From: an uncultured Nitrospiraceae bacterium
GTDB taxonomy: Bacteria > Nitrospirota > UBA9217
Direction of reading: 5' to 3'
Length of the DNA stretch: 64,000 nt
NCBI GenBank assembly: GCA_964412455.1
Contig: CAYPOT010000011.1
Span: 3,822 to 67,821, forward strand
Under the pieces are notes generated by a model that searched no databases, was not told the origin of the DNA, and saw nothing but the letters and a program-made list of their open reading frames with translations. Below, piece after piece: positions 9,118-16,885 of the stretch (position 1 is its first letter; every line of letters starts with the position of its first letter). The translations under genes and the position numbers were made by a program.

Positions 9118-9987
9118 CTATGCTCTTTCCAGAAAAATACCGGCCTCGATCCGTCCCTCGGCAACATACAGGGGAAACAGAAGCCCTTTGCCGCCTGCCG
9201 GCACGGGGATGCCGGCCGCGCTGCCGGTGAGGAGCTCGGGCGGGGAGATCTCAATCTCGTTTCCCATCTGGGACGCCATGGCCTCAATGTTCCCGCAGAT
9301 GACGTTCGCGAGTTCCATCACCGTGTCGTTCAGCATGGCTTCCGGTTCCTTCGAGACATCATCCGTGTAGAGCATTGCTCTGGCGATCAACGTCCGGACG
9401 CCGGCGGAGACCGAGAGCAGATACCGCGCCTTCACCGACCCGGTCAACCGTATTGCCACGATCGTGTCATTGGCGTCAAGACGCTGCACCGCCACACACT
9501 GACCCGGCCTGACCGTGAGGTTCGCCACCCGGGACAACAGCTTGTGCGTAAGATCGGCAGCGACTTCCCAGAGGGCGGGAGACGGCACTCCCGCGGGGAT
9601 CGACACCTTGTTGACCATCACATAGGGGGCCTGATCCGCCTTGAACGCATCCAGGTGTTTCGGCAGGTCCTCCGCTTTGACGGCACCCACCTTGATCAAG
9701 GCCTCTCCGATAAACAGGTGGCCGGTTTTCTGCTTTGCCAGCACCGCCTTCAACTGGCCCCCGGTCAGAATGCCGAGCTTCACGCACATGTCGCCGAACT
9801 GCAAATCTTCCGACCGCTGCGCGTCGTGGACGCGGGTAATGTCGGCATTGGTGATGAGACCCATGGAGAGGGCCATCTCGCCGAATTTGAGGTTCGTTGA
9901 ATCCTGCAAGGCAACGGCTTTCAACAGAGCTTCCTTCGTAATGACGTTCTTCTCCAAGAGGAACTGACCAAAAAATTTAACCGGCAC
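9118..9987 (-). CDS. CheX-domain protein with four N-terminal MshEN-like repeats
   Basis: 289 aa, GTG start 6 nt after AAGGAG. The C-terminal half (TIVAIRLTG...ELANVICGNI) resembles the CheX phosphatase fold. The N-terminal half has four 24-aa xFGxxLLxxGxI...Q motifs, each separated by 5 residues. Confidence 0.65.
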   Translation of the reverse strand: MPVKFFGQFLLEKNVITKEALLKAVALQDSTNLKFGEMALSMGLITNADITRVHDAQRSEDLQFGDMCVKLGILTGGQLKAVLAKQKTGHLFIGEALIKVGAVKAEDLPKHLDAFKADQAPYVMVNKVSIPAGVPSPALWEVAADLTHKLLSRVANLTVRPGQCVAVQRLDANDTIVAIRLTGSVKARYLLSVSAGVRTLIARAMLYTDDVSKEPEAMLNDTVMELANVICGNIEAMASQMGNEIEISPPELLTGSAAGIPVPAGGKGLLFPLYVAEGRIEAGIFLERA

Positions 9988-10026
9988 GTTCGATCTCCTT
10001 TGCGTAACGGATTTTTTGCGCTCTTT

Positions 10027-10386
10027 CTACAGCGCCCGCAGGATCTTCAGCACATCATCCGGCTGGAAGGGCTTTGCTATGACGTTCCTGGCGCCCAGTT
10101 TGAGCGCCTCGGTGAACTTGTCACCCACTCCGCCCAAAGAGGTGATCATCACAACTTTGGCAGCGGGGTCGATCGCCACGATGCTTCTCAGGGCGGTCGG
10201 CCCGTCCATCACCGGCATATTCATGTCCATGCAGACGATATCAGGACGGTCTGTCTGGTACATTTGTATCGCCTCGGCGCCGTTCCTGGCGTGCCCGATG
10301 ACCTCGAACTCGCCCGTACCGGCAATGATCTGGCCGAGCTGGCGCCCCACAGATAAGCTGTCATCCACCACCAGCACTTTCTTCAT
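10027..10386 (-). CDS. cheY: Single-domain CheY-like response regulator
   Basis: 119 aa. VLVVDDS, phospho-acceptor context IVCMDMNMPVMDG, ITS, and AKPF. Confidence 0.85.
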   Translation of the reverse strand: MKKVLVVDDSLSVGRQLGQIIAGTGEFEVIGHARNGAEAIQMYQTDRPDIVCMDMNMPVMDGPTALRSIVAIDPAAKVVMITSLGGVGDKFTEALKLGARNVIAKPFQPDDVLKILRAL

Positions 10387-10869
10387 AAATTATTATCCTC
10401 CCTTAGACCATATCGCGCCAGATCCGCGGAAAAACGTCGTGGCCGTTATCAGGACACGGGACATTACGCCTATTATACTATATGTATTAACGAAGGGTTG
10501 TTTATTCTTTCCTGATTAACAATCCCTCGCTCTTCTCCCCTGACCCATAATAGTATCCTGTCTACTGCTCAAAATTCCTTCTTGCCTTTTTCCCATATCT
10601 AACCTACCATCAAAGACATACACACCATCCTCGGTCGGATCCCGCGCCCTTCCAGCGGAGCCGGGGCCGGAAGGGATCACCGCGAATCTTACTTTCCTTA
10701 AGGAGCGAGCAAGGTTATGGACGAGAACAAGACGCGGCCAGAATGGAAACGGCCGGAGCGGAGCAGGAAAGCGGAGGGAAGAACATCGGGAAGATCGTCT
10801 TGCTGGTCGTGCTGCTGGTCGCCGCGTGGTACGCGCTGGAGTGGCTGATCGGGAAGAAGTAGCGGAAGG

Positions 10870-11147
10870 TACTGTCAAAAGTTCTATGAAAAAACGAAGA
10901 ATATTTTACCGCAGAGATCGCAGAGGTCGCAGAGAAATGCAAATCTTGAAATAAAAGCAGATTAAGTAAAAGAAACCTGGTTAAATTAGGAACATATTCA
11001 GGTTAAACGAACTTCAACGGACATTAGGCAAAGAATGTAGATTCAAAGAGGAAGATTTTGAGAGGTCACCGAGGGGGAGGGAGCAGAAAAGGTGTTTAAT
11101 GTATTGTAATCCAAGAAGTTCTCTGCGGTGAAAGTTTTGACATTACG
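10870..11147. mobile_element. MITE family B, copy 1
   Basis: Same about 280-bp element as 13411-13706. The ends are TACTGTCAAAAGTT... and ...AAGTTTTGACATTACG. It is flanked by the 10-bp direct repeats TAGCGGAAGG (10860-10869) and TAGCGGAATG (11148-11157). Confidence 0.8.
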
Positions 11148-11276
11148 TAGCGGAATGCAGGGAGAAAGACCAGCGCCACAGGGGTCCCGGTGAGGAGAGG
11201 TCGATACGTCAACAGGTCAAACCTGACCCCGATAGCTCTTTATCTTAATGGCTGCTTTCCTTCAGGAGGTCACTTC

Positions 11277-11765
11277 ATGAACACGCTTAAGCCGTCCCGC
11301 ACCGTTCTGTTTCTCTTCGGAGCGGTACTGGGCATTCTCGGCACGATCTTCCTTCCCGGCGTCGTGCGGCCTTACATCCCCGAATGGATAACGGGTACGA
11401 CGATAGCCGTGAAAGGGGCCGTTGCGGCAAAGCAGAAACAGGAGAAGGTCCTTCTTCTGACCGTCAATACGCCCGAAGGCATGCTGCTGGCCACCTTCAA
11501 GAAAAAGGTCGACGAGATCAACCTTCTGGTCAACGAAAAAGACACGATCGAATTCACCCTTCCGAAGTACACGCCCTTTATCGACGACCCGAAGATCATA
11601 CGGGTCGTAAAAGAACAGCAGGCGGTTCCTGAGCCGGCCCCTGCCGCAAAGCCAAAAAAGCAAAGCACAAAGGAAGTAAAACCCAAACGGCAGACAAAGC
11701 CGCCGGCCGCTGATCCGGCTCCCGCTCCCGGGGCGACAGAAATGAAGCCGCCGGACCAGAAGTGA
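11277..11765 (+). CDS. Membrane-anchored hypothetical protein with Pro/Ala/Lys-rich tail
   Basis: ATG 11277 lies 7 nt after AGGAGG. One N-terminal TM segment (VLFLFGAVLGILGTIFL) and a low-complexity C-terminus PEPAPAAKPKK... Confidence 0.55.
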   Translation: MNTLKPSRTVLFLFGAVLGILGTIFLPGVVRPYIPEWITGTTIAVKGAVAAKQKQEKVLLLTVNTPEGMLLATFKKKVDEINLLVNEKDTIEFTLPKYTPFIDDPKIIRVVKEQQAVPEPAPAAKPKKQSTKEVKPKRQTKPPAADPAPAPGATEMKPPDQK

Positions 11766-11906
11766 TGAGAAAACCCGACCCAAAACGCGAGAAGTGATCA
11801 AGTCCAGGAGCACCGGCAGAATATAATAATCAAAGACCTGAACCCGGGGGCCCGGACGTACCGGTGAAAGACACGGCCAGGGCCCGAGAGGTTCCCGAGG
11901 AGTTCC

Positions 11907-12578
11907 ATGGCATCCGCTGAAGCGCGGCCTGGATCGCCTGAGCAGCCGGCTTGGTCCGCGGCCATGGCCCAGGCATCAGCCCAACAGGCATTCGAGCTGT
12001 TCAAGAACAAGGAATACCGGCGATCGGCGCGCTTTGACGCGCTGGATCCGGTTGAACAGGACCGGATCTTCAATGAGCTGGTCGTCGCGCACCTTGTTTT
12101 GATCATGCTGGTCCTGGAGGCGCCGGACCTGCGTGTTCCGCCCGGGTCCCGGGAATACCTGGCCGGGCTGAAGGCGGCCGTCCCGAAAGCATACGTGGAC
12201 AACCTGCGGACCCTGGGCGTGGAGAACGAGCATCTCCTGGTGTGGAAGAAGCTTATCTCCCTTCGGTACGAAGAATACGCAAAGGACCGGCATGACGTGC
12301 GCGCCGCGGCTATGCACCTTGAGGCACGGGAGAAGGCCCTGGACCTCGACGATCTCTCCCTGATACAATTGCTCGTACCGGTTCAGGCGGTGGCCATCGG
12401 CTGCCACCACCATGTCTGCCGGGGGGACACCGATGGCCGCGATGAGCTGTTCAAGCTGACGATAAAAGCGCTGGCGAGATCCTACGCGGATGTCCGGATC
12501 CGGCTCGAAGGCGGGAAGATCACGTTCCTGATGCGGGCACGCCGGTTCCTGAGGCGGTTGCTGTCGCCCGGGAGGTAG
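11907..12578 (+). CDS. Hypothetical protein
   Basis: 223-aa ORF with protein-like composition. No motif recognised. Confidence 0.45.
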   Translation: MASAEARPGSPEQPAWSAAMAQASAQQAFELFKNKEYRRSARFDALDPVEQDRIFNELVVAHLVLIMLVLEAPDLRVPPGSREYLAGLKAAVPKAYVDNLRTLGVENEHLLVWKKLISLRYEEYAKDRHDVRAAAMHLEAREKALDLDDLSLIQLLVPVQAVAIGCHHHVCRGDTDGRDELFKLTIKALARSYADVRIRLEGGKITFLMRARRFLRRLLSPGR

Positions 12579-12710
12579 GCGGCGGGTGCCGGGTGAGAGG
12601 AAGAGCCGAAAGCGTCAACGTCCCGGAGTAAGAGAGTGTAAATGTCAAGAGTGAACGGCCTGACCCTCAGGGTTTCCGGTCGGCTTCATGTTTCCTCGGG
12701 AGGTGCAAGC

Positions 12711-13097
12711 ATGGGACGGATGATGGTAACGGTTGTTGCTGTTGCGCTCTGCACGCTGGTCATCCCGGCGGGGAATGCTTCGGCAGTCGGGCCCGACACG
12801 ACCCTTACCTGGGCCGGAGGCGGCAAGGGAAAGATTATGTTCGAAGGGAAAAAGCACGCCGAGACAGGCTACGTCTGCAAGGATTGCCATCAGGGCCTGT
12901 TCAGCATGAAGCACGGAACGGCCAAGATGACCCATGACGAGCTCAAGCAAGGCCATTACTGCGGCGCCTGCCACAACGGCACTCTCGCCTTCAGCACCGT
13001 TGACCAGGGGAAGTGCTTTGCGTGCCACCAGGGGAAAAAAAAGAAGCCGACGATGCCAGAGGAGAGGAAGCCAGAGGAAAAGAAGATGTACAAGTAA
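12711..13097 (+). CDS. Trihaem c-type cytochrome (c7/c3 family), exported
   Basis: ATG 12711 after GGGAGG. Signal peptide ...IPAGNASA. Three CXXCH motifs: CKDCH, CGACH, CFACH. Confidence 0.8.
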   Translation: MGRMMVTVVAVALCTLVIPAGNASAVGPDTTLTWAGGGKGKIMFEGKKHAETGYVCKDCHQGLFSMKHGTAKMTHDELKQGHYCGACHNGTLAFSTVDQGKCFACHQGKKKKPTMPEERKPEEKKMYK

Positions 13098-13212
13098 GAT
13101 GATCCCGGAAGGGCGGGGAAGAGGCGCAGTACTATAACTCCATAATCAGGAATGCCCCCCGTTGGAGCGTTAGCAGGATGGTGAATGCTATAGAGCAAAT
13201 ATCAAGATACAA

Positions 13213-13364
13213 CGGGCTGTTGTTCAAATCTTTTTTGTGCTTCGACTGGCTCAGCACGAACGGGAAAATCTTACAATAGCAAAGGCCAAACCGTTCGCCC
13301 TGAGTGCTCTGCTGAGTATGTCGAAGCATTGTCGAAGGGTGAACGGGGTTTGGGGAACAGCCCG
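13213..13364. mobile_element. MITE family C, copy 1
   Basis: Near-perfect terminal inverted repeats CGGGCTGTTG.. / ..CAGCCCG. Flanked by the 4-bp direct repeat ACAA (13209-13212 and 13365-13368). Confidence 0.8.
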
Positions 13365-13410
13365 ACAAGAGGTGACCCTAGAGGTTCTAACGATCAGCCC
13401 GCATGGCGGG

Positions 13411-13706
13411 TACTGTCAAAAGTTCTATGAAAAAATGACGGATATTTTACCGCAGAGGTCGCAGAGGTCGCAGAGAAATGCAGATCTTGAAATAAAAACA
13501 GAGGAAGTAAAAAAAGACTGGTTAAATTCGGAACATATTCAGGTTAAACGAACTTTAACGGACATTAGGCAAAGAATGTAGATTCAAAGAAGAAGATTTT
13601 GAGAGGTCACCGAGGGGGAGGGAGCAGAGAAGGAGTTTAATGTATTGTAATCCAAGATGTTCTCTGCGTCCTCCGCGTCCTCTGCGGTGAAAGTTTTGAC
13701 ATTACG
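13411..13706. mobile_element. MITE family B, copy 2
   Basis: Flanked by the perfect 10-bp direct repeat GCATGGCGGG (13401-13410 and 13707-13716). It also has internal inverted blocks ACCGCAGAGGTCGCAGAG / CTCTGCGTCCTCCGCG. Confidence 0.85.
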
Positions 13707-13729
13707 GCATGGCGGGCAAGGAGGGACTT

Positions 13730-14362
13730 ATGAAACGCGCATTGCTTGCGTCAATCGTTGGCATCGCCTGGCTGACAGCGGCTCCCGTGCCGTCAGTGGG
13801 CCAGACAGTAATGGATGAATGGGCCTCGGTGCAGGCCCCGCCGGCGCCCATGGTGAAGCCCGTGAGCGTCGATCCCCGGACCACGGCGCTCCTGATGCTT
13901 GACTTCAACAAGCAGACCTGCAATGCCGAGCGCAGGCCGCGCTGCATCGCCTCGATCCCCCGGGTGAAGAAGCTCCTCGCCCTGGCGCGGGCAAAAGGCG
14001 CGGCTGTGGTCTACAGCCTTTCGCCGGGCGCCCAGGCAGCGGACATCGCGCCAGAGCTCGCCCCGCAGAAGGACGAACCGGTCGTGGCGTCGGGACCGGA
14101 CAAGTTCCTCGGCACGGACCTGGAGAAGCTGCTGCAGGAGCGCAACATCCAGACCGTGATCATTGCGGGCACCGCGGCGCACGGTGCGGTGCTGCACACG
14201 GCGAGCGGCGCGGCGCTCAGGGAGCTGAAGGTCATCGTGCTTGTTGACGGCATCTCGGCGGAGACGCTCTATCCTGAGCAGTATACGGTCTGGCATCTGC
14301 TGAATGCGCCGCGGATCGGCGCCCAGGTGACCATCAGCCGAACGGACCTGGTGGCGTTCTGA
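13730..14362 (+). CDS. Isochorismatase-family protein, exported, catalytic Cys apparently absent
   Basis: ATG 13730 after AGGAGG. Signal peptide LLASIVGIAWLTAAP. The LLMLDFNKQ (Asp) and PDKFLGT (Lys) motifs are present, but GAVLHTA sits where the family has C-V. Confidence 0.6.
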   Translation: MKRALLASIVGIAWLTAAPVPSVGQTVMDEWASVQAPPAPMVKPVSVDPRTTALLMLDFNKQTCNAERRPRCIASIPRVKKLLALARAKGAAVVYSLSPGAQAADIAPELAPQKDEPVVASGPDKFLGTDLEKLLQERNIQTVIIAGTAAHGAVLHTASGAALRELKVIVLVDGISAETLYPEQYTVWHLLNAPRIGAQVTISRTDLVAF

Positions 14363-14371
14363 GAAGGGCGG

Positions 14372-14642
14372 TAGGGGAGCAGGAAGCAGGGGATGGCAAG
14401 AAAGTACGGGCTGTTGCCCAAATCTATTTTGTGCTTCGACTGGCTCAGCACGATCGGAAAAATCTTACAATAGCAAAGGCCATACCGTTCGCCCTGAGCT
14501 TGTCGAAGGGTGAGCGGGGTTTGGGCAACAGCCCGAGTAGATCTGACCCCGCTGGGCTCGCTGTGGGTTCTGAAATATCAGGAAATCATGTCTGACCCCG
14601 GAATGTCCCTGATAAGTCAACAAGTCAAGTCTGACCCGAGGG
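14372..14642 (+). repeat. Composite repeat D/E, copy interrupted by MITE C
   Basis: Collinear with 16690-16875 except for the inserted element 14407-14535. Confidence 0.8.
14407..14535. mobile_element. MITE family C, copy 2 (nested insertion)
   Basis: Perfect 16-bp TIR CGGGCTGTTGCCCAAA / TTTGGGCAACAGCCCG. TSD AGTA at 14403-14406 and 14536-14539. An uninterrupted paralogous site ...CAAGAAAGTAGATCTGACC lies at 16745-16763. Confidence 0.9.
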
Positions 14643-14664
14643 ATGACCCCAAGAAGTTTAGAGT

Positions 14665-14885
14665 CTTTCGTATGTAAGTTGAAATAAGCTTTACAAACCA
14701 GAAACCGAGAAAGGCTAATATTCGTCCGCAGATTACACAGATTACACAGATTAAAAAAAAGACCGTCCTGACAGGTGTTGTATGACTAAATCTGCGTCAA
14801 TCTGCGAAATCTGTGGATAAGTATATCCTCCGATCCTTTGTTTCTGTGGTCACCTTGCCTTTTCAACTATATTACGAATGAACCG
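14665..14885 (-). repeat. Repeat family A, inverted copy
   Basis: Its reverse complement matches 52545-52764 end to end by eye. Confidence 0.85.
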
Positions 14886-14926
14886 AAGTTTAAGAAGTTT
14901 TCTTTGGAAAAAACGAGGAGGAAGAG

Positions 14927-15244
14927 ATGGCGCGGACTCGTTTGCTCGCCGATGTGCTGCAGGAGCTGTATGATGACAGGAAGACAGGGGGCTACTTCAT
15001 TACCGTGAAGGAGGCCAGTGAAGACCTGTTCAAGATCTACGCAAAGGACAGGGAGATTGTCGCCGTAACCTATGGGTCTGCCAGCGGCCGGGATGCCCTC
15101 GATATCCTTGAGTACTACACGCTTGTGAACGGCACGTTCTTCGACGGGCTGGACGTGCCCGCGGGCATCGCGCCCCAGAAGTTACCGATGAAGAAGTTCA
15201 TCGAGATGATGAGGAAAGCGAACAAGACCATTCGCATTGCCTGA
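14927..15244 (+). CDS. DUF4388-domain protein
   Basis: 105 aa after GAGGAGG. LADVLQELYDDRKTGGYFI...EIVAV...GRDALDIL matches the DUF4388 pattern as I remember it. Confidence 0.55.
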   Translation: MARTRLLADVLQELYDDRKTGGYFITVKEASEDLFKIYAKDREIVAVTYGSASGRDALDILEYYTLVNGTFFDGLDVPAGIAPQKLPMKKFIEMMRKANKTIRIA

Positions 15245-15340
15245 ACAGCCTGCGCGCGCAGCAGAAACACCGGCTGCCCGGGAATCGATGGCCGCTGATC
15301 GCCCCTATTCTGAACGTCTAACTTCAAGAGGGACACACCC

Positions 15341-15613
15341 ATGTACTTCATGTCGATCAACAAGTTCAGATCCGACGCGGACCGGGCGCAGCTCAGCAAG
15401 GCGATCCCCTTGCACCGGGAATGGGCCAGGCAGCAGCTCGCAGCGGGCGTCCTCGTGCAGGCCGGCAAGTGGGGCGACCATGGCGGTATGATCGTCGTCA
15501 GGGCGGAGACCCGGGAGGAAGCCGACAAGGTCGTGAACCAGGACCCGCTCGTCCAGACGGGGCTGATCACCTTCGAAACAGCCCAGCTCCATGCGGCCGT
15601 GGCATTCAAATGA
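15341..15613 (+). CDS. YciI-family protein
   Basis: 90 aa. HREW...G(x)LVQAG...IVVRAETREEADKVVNQDPL pattern of YciI-like proteins. Confidence 0.65.
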   Translation: MYFMSINKFRSDADRAQLSKAIPLHREWARQQLAAGVLVQAGKWGDHGGMIVVRAETREEADKVVNQDPLVQTGLITFETAQLHAAVAFK

Positions 15614-15684
15614 GCGACTGCTTTGGGTGGCGAGGCATACCGAGGGATCCCTAAGAAGTTGAAGCAAAGTATCTCATGTTTTAA

Positions 15685-15764
15685 GTCTGACCCCAGGCGG
15701 TCCAGGCGGTCCCAGGCGGTCCCAGGCGGTCCCAGGCGGTCCCCAGGCGGTCCCAGGCGGTCCC
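15685..15764 (+). repeat. GTCTGACCCC core followed by about seven tandem AGGCGGTCC(C) units
   Basis: Read directly. 10-11-nt period with no unique spacers. Confidence 0.9.
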
Positions 15765-15939
15765 ACATGCTGGTCGCGCTGGGGCTTGATTATAAGGTCG
15801 TGACGAGTGACGAGGAAGGCGGCGTAGGGTGCGCACCAAAAGAGGCCCCTGAAGTTCTGCGTATCCCGAGAGGTTCCTCCTTTTCCCTTTACCGCCGCGA
15901 TGGCGTGTGCTAATATGTGTGTATGAGGAGGTGTATAAA

Positions 15940-16140
15940 ATGCGCACGAACATCGTTCTGAACGACGAGCTGGTCAAGAAGGCCTTCAAGCACTCGTCGG
16001 CGCGGACCAAGAAGGATCTGGTCCATGAGGCGCTGGAAGAGCTGATCTCGGCGCGTCAGCGCCGCGACCTGCGCGACCTGCGCGGGAAGATCTCCTTTGC
16101 CAAGGGCTACGATCACAAGAAGCTTCGCAAGGGAGCGTGA
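15940..16140 (+). CDS. vapB: Type II antitoxin, VapB-like (ribbon-helix-helix type)
   Basis: ATG 15940 after GAGGAGG. MRTNIVLNDELVKKA... Its stop overlaps the start of the PIN gene. Confidence 0.7.
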   Translation: MRTNIVLNDELVKKAFKHSSARTKKDLVHEALEELISARQRRDLRDLRGKISFAKGYDHKKLRKGA

Positions 16141-16544
16141 CCATGGTCCTCGTGGACACTTCCATCCTGATCGACTTCCTGCGCGGCGCCGAGAACGCCG
16201 CCGTCGGGCGGTTCCAGCAGATCCTCGACGGCAATATTCCCTTTGGCATCTCGCCGCTGACCTACCTTGAGGTCCTCCAGGGCACCCGCACCGAAAAGGA
16301 CTACGCAACGGTCAAAAGCTACCTCGAAACGCATCGGTTCTTCGGCCTGCTGGACGAGAAGGAATCCTACGCGGCTGCTGCCCGCATCTATTTCGACTGT
16401 CGCAGAAAAGGGATCACGATCAACAGCACCGTTGACTGCCTGATCGCCCAGACCGCGATAGAGAACGACCTTACACTGCTGCACAATGACGCGGACTTCG
16501 ACCGCATGCGGAAGGTGGCACCGCTCAAGATATATGGATCCTGA
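16137..16544 (+). CDS. vapC: PIN-domain toxin VapC
   Basis: 135 aa. VLVDTSILIDFLRG N-terminal acidic motif and a C-terminal DADF. Confidence 0.8.
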   Translation: MTMVLVDTSILIDFLRGAENAAVGRFQQILDGNIPFGISPLTYLEVLQGTRTEKDYATVKSYLETHRFFGLLDEKESYAAAARIYFDCRRKGITINSTVDCLIAQTAIENDLTLLHNDADFDRMRKVAPLKIYGS

Positions 16545-16608
16545 ACAGCCGTAATGCACGGAGAAAGACTTGACCGTCCCGGTGCTGAAGAGGAAGTGCA
16601 ACAAAAGA

Positions 16609-16665
16609 GACCTGACCCTCAGCGGCTGCTCAGCGGCTCGACCCTCAGCGGCTCTCAGCGGCTCT
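16609..16665 (+). repeat. GACCTGACCC core followed by tandem CTCAGCGGCT units
   Basis: Read directly. Same architecture as 15685-15764 and 21797-21859. Confidence 0.85.
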
Positions 16666-16671
16666 AACTCT

Positions 16672-16875
16672 TACTTCATAATTCTTAATTGGTTTAAGGG
16701 AGAGAAGGGAAGAGCGGGAAACTGGAGGCCAGGAGGGGAATGGCAAGAAAGTAGATCTGACCCCGCTGGGCTCGCTGTGGGGTCTGAAATATCAGGAAAT
16801 CATGTCTGACCCCGGAAGGTCCCGGAATCCGGAATGTCCTAAGTCAACAAGTCAAGTCTGACCGAGGACCTGACC
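16672..16875 (+). repeat. Composite repeat D/E, intact copy
   Basis: Its left part matches 20391-20478. Its right part matches 14536-14642. Confidence 0.8.
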
Positions 16876-16885
16876 CCGAGGACCC

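Noticed and set aside
8823-9900. ORFs 8823-9287 (minus) and 8971-9900 (plus)
   Set aside because: The first lies in the tRNA-downstream spacer with a Pro/Arg-rich composition. The second is antisense to the CheX-domain gene. Neither has an RBS or motif.
10743-10862. 39-aa ORF with a clean TM helix (…GKIVLLVVLLVAAWYALEWLIGKK)
   Set aside because: No ribosome-binding site precedes the ATG, and the stop codon is part of the MITE target-site duplication. It remains possible but unsupported. The nearby AAGGAG at 10700 serves a different frame whose product does not look protein-like.
13237-13581. 114-aa ORF, and similar ORFs at 13132-13368, 14269-14451, 24663-24848 and 25772-25978
   Set aside because: They are encoded entirely by MITE/REP-like repeats (families B, C, G and F). 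The apparent conservation between copies reflects the repeat, not a protein.
15685-15764. Possible CRISPR array (also 16609-16665 and 21797-21859)
   Set aside because: The units are 9-11 nt and directly tandem with no unique spacers, and no cas genes are present. They are microsatellites attached to a repeat core.
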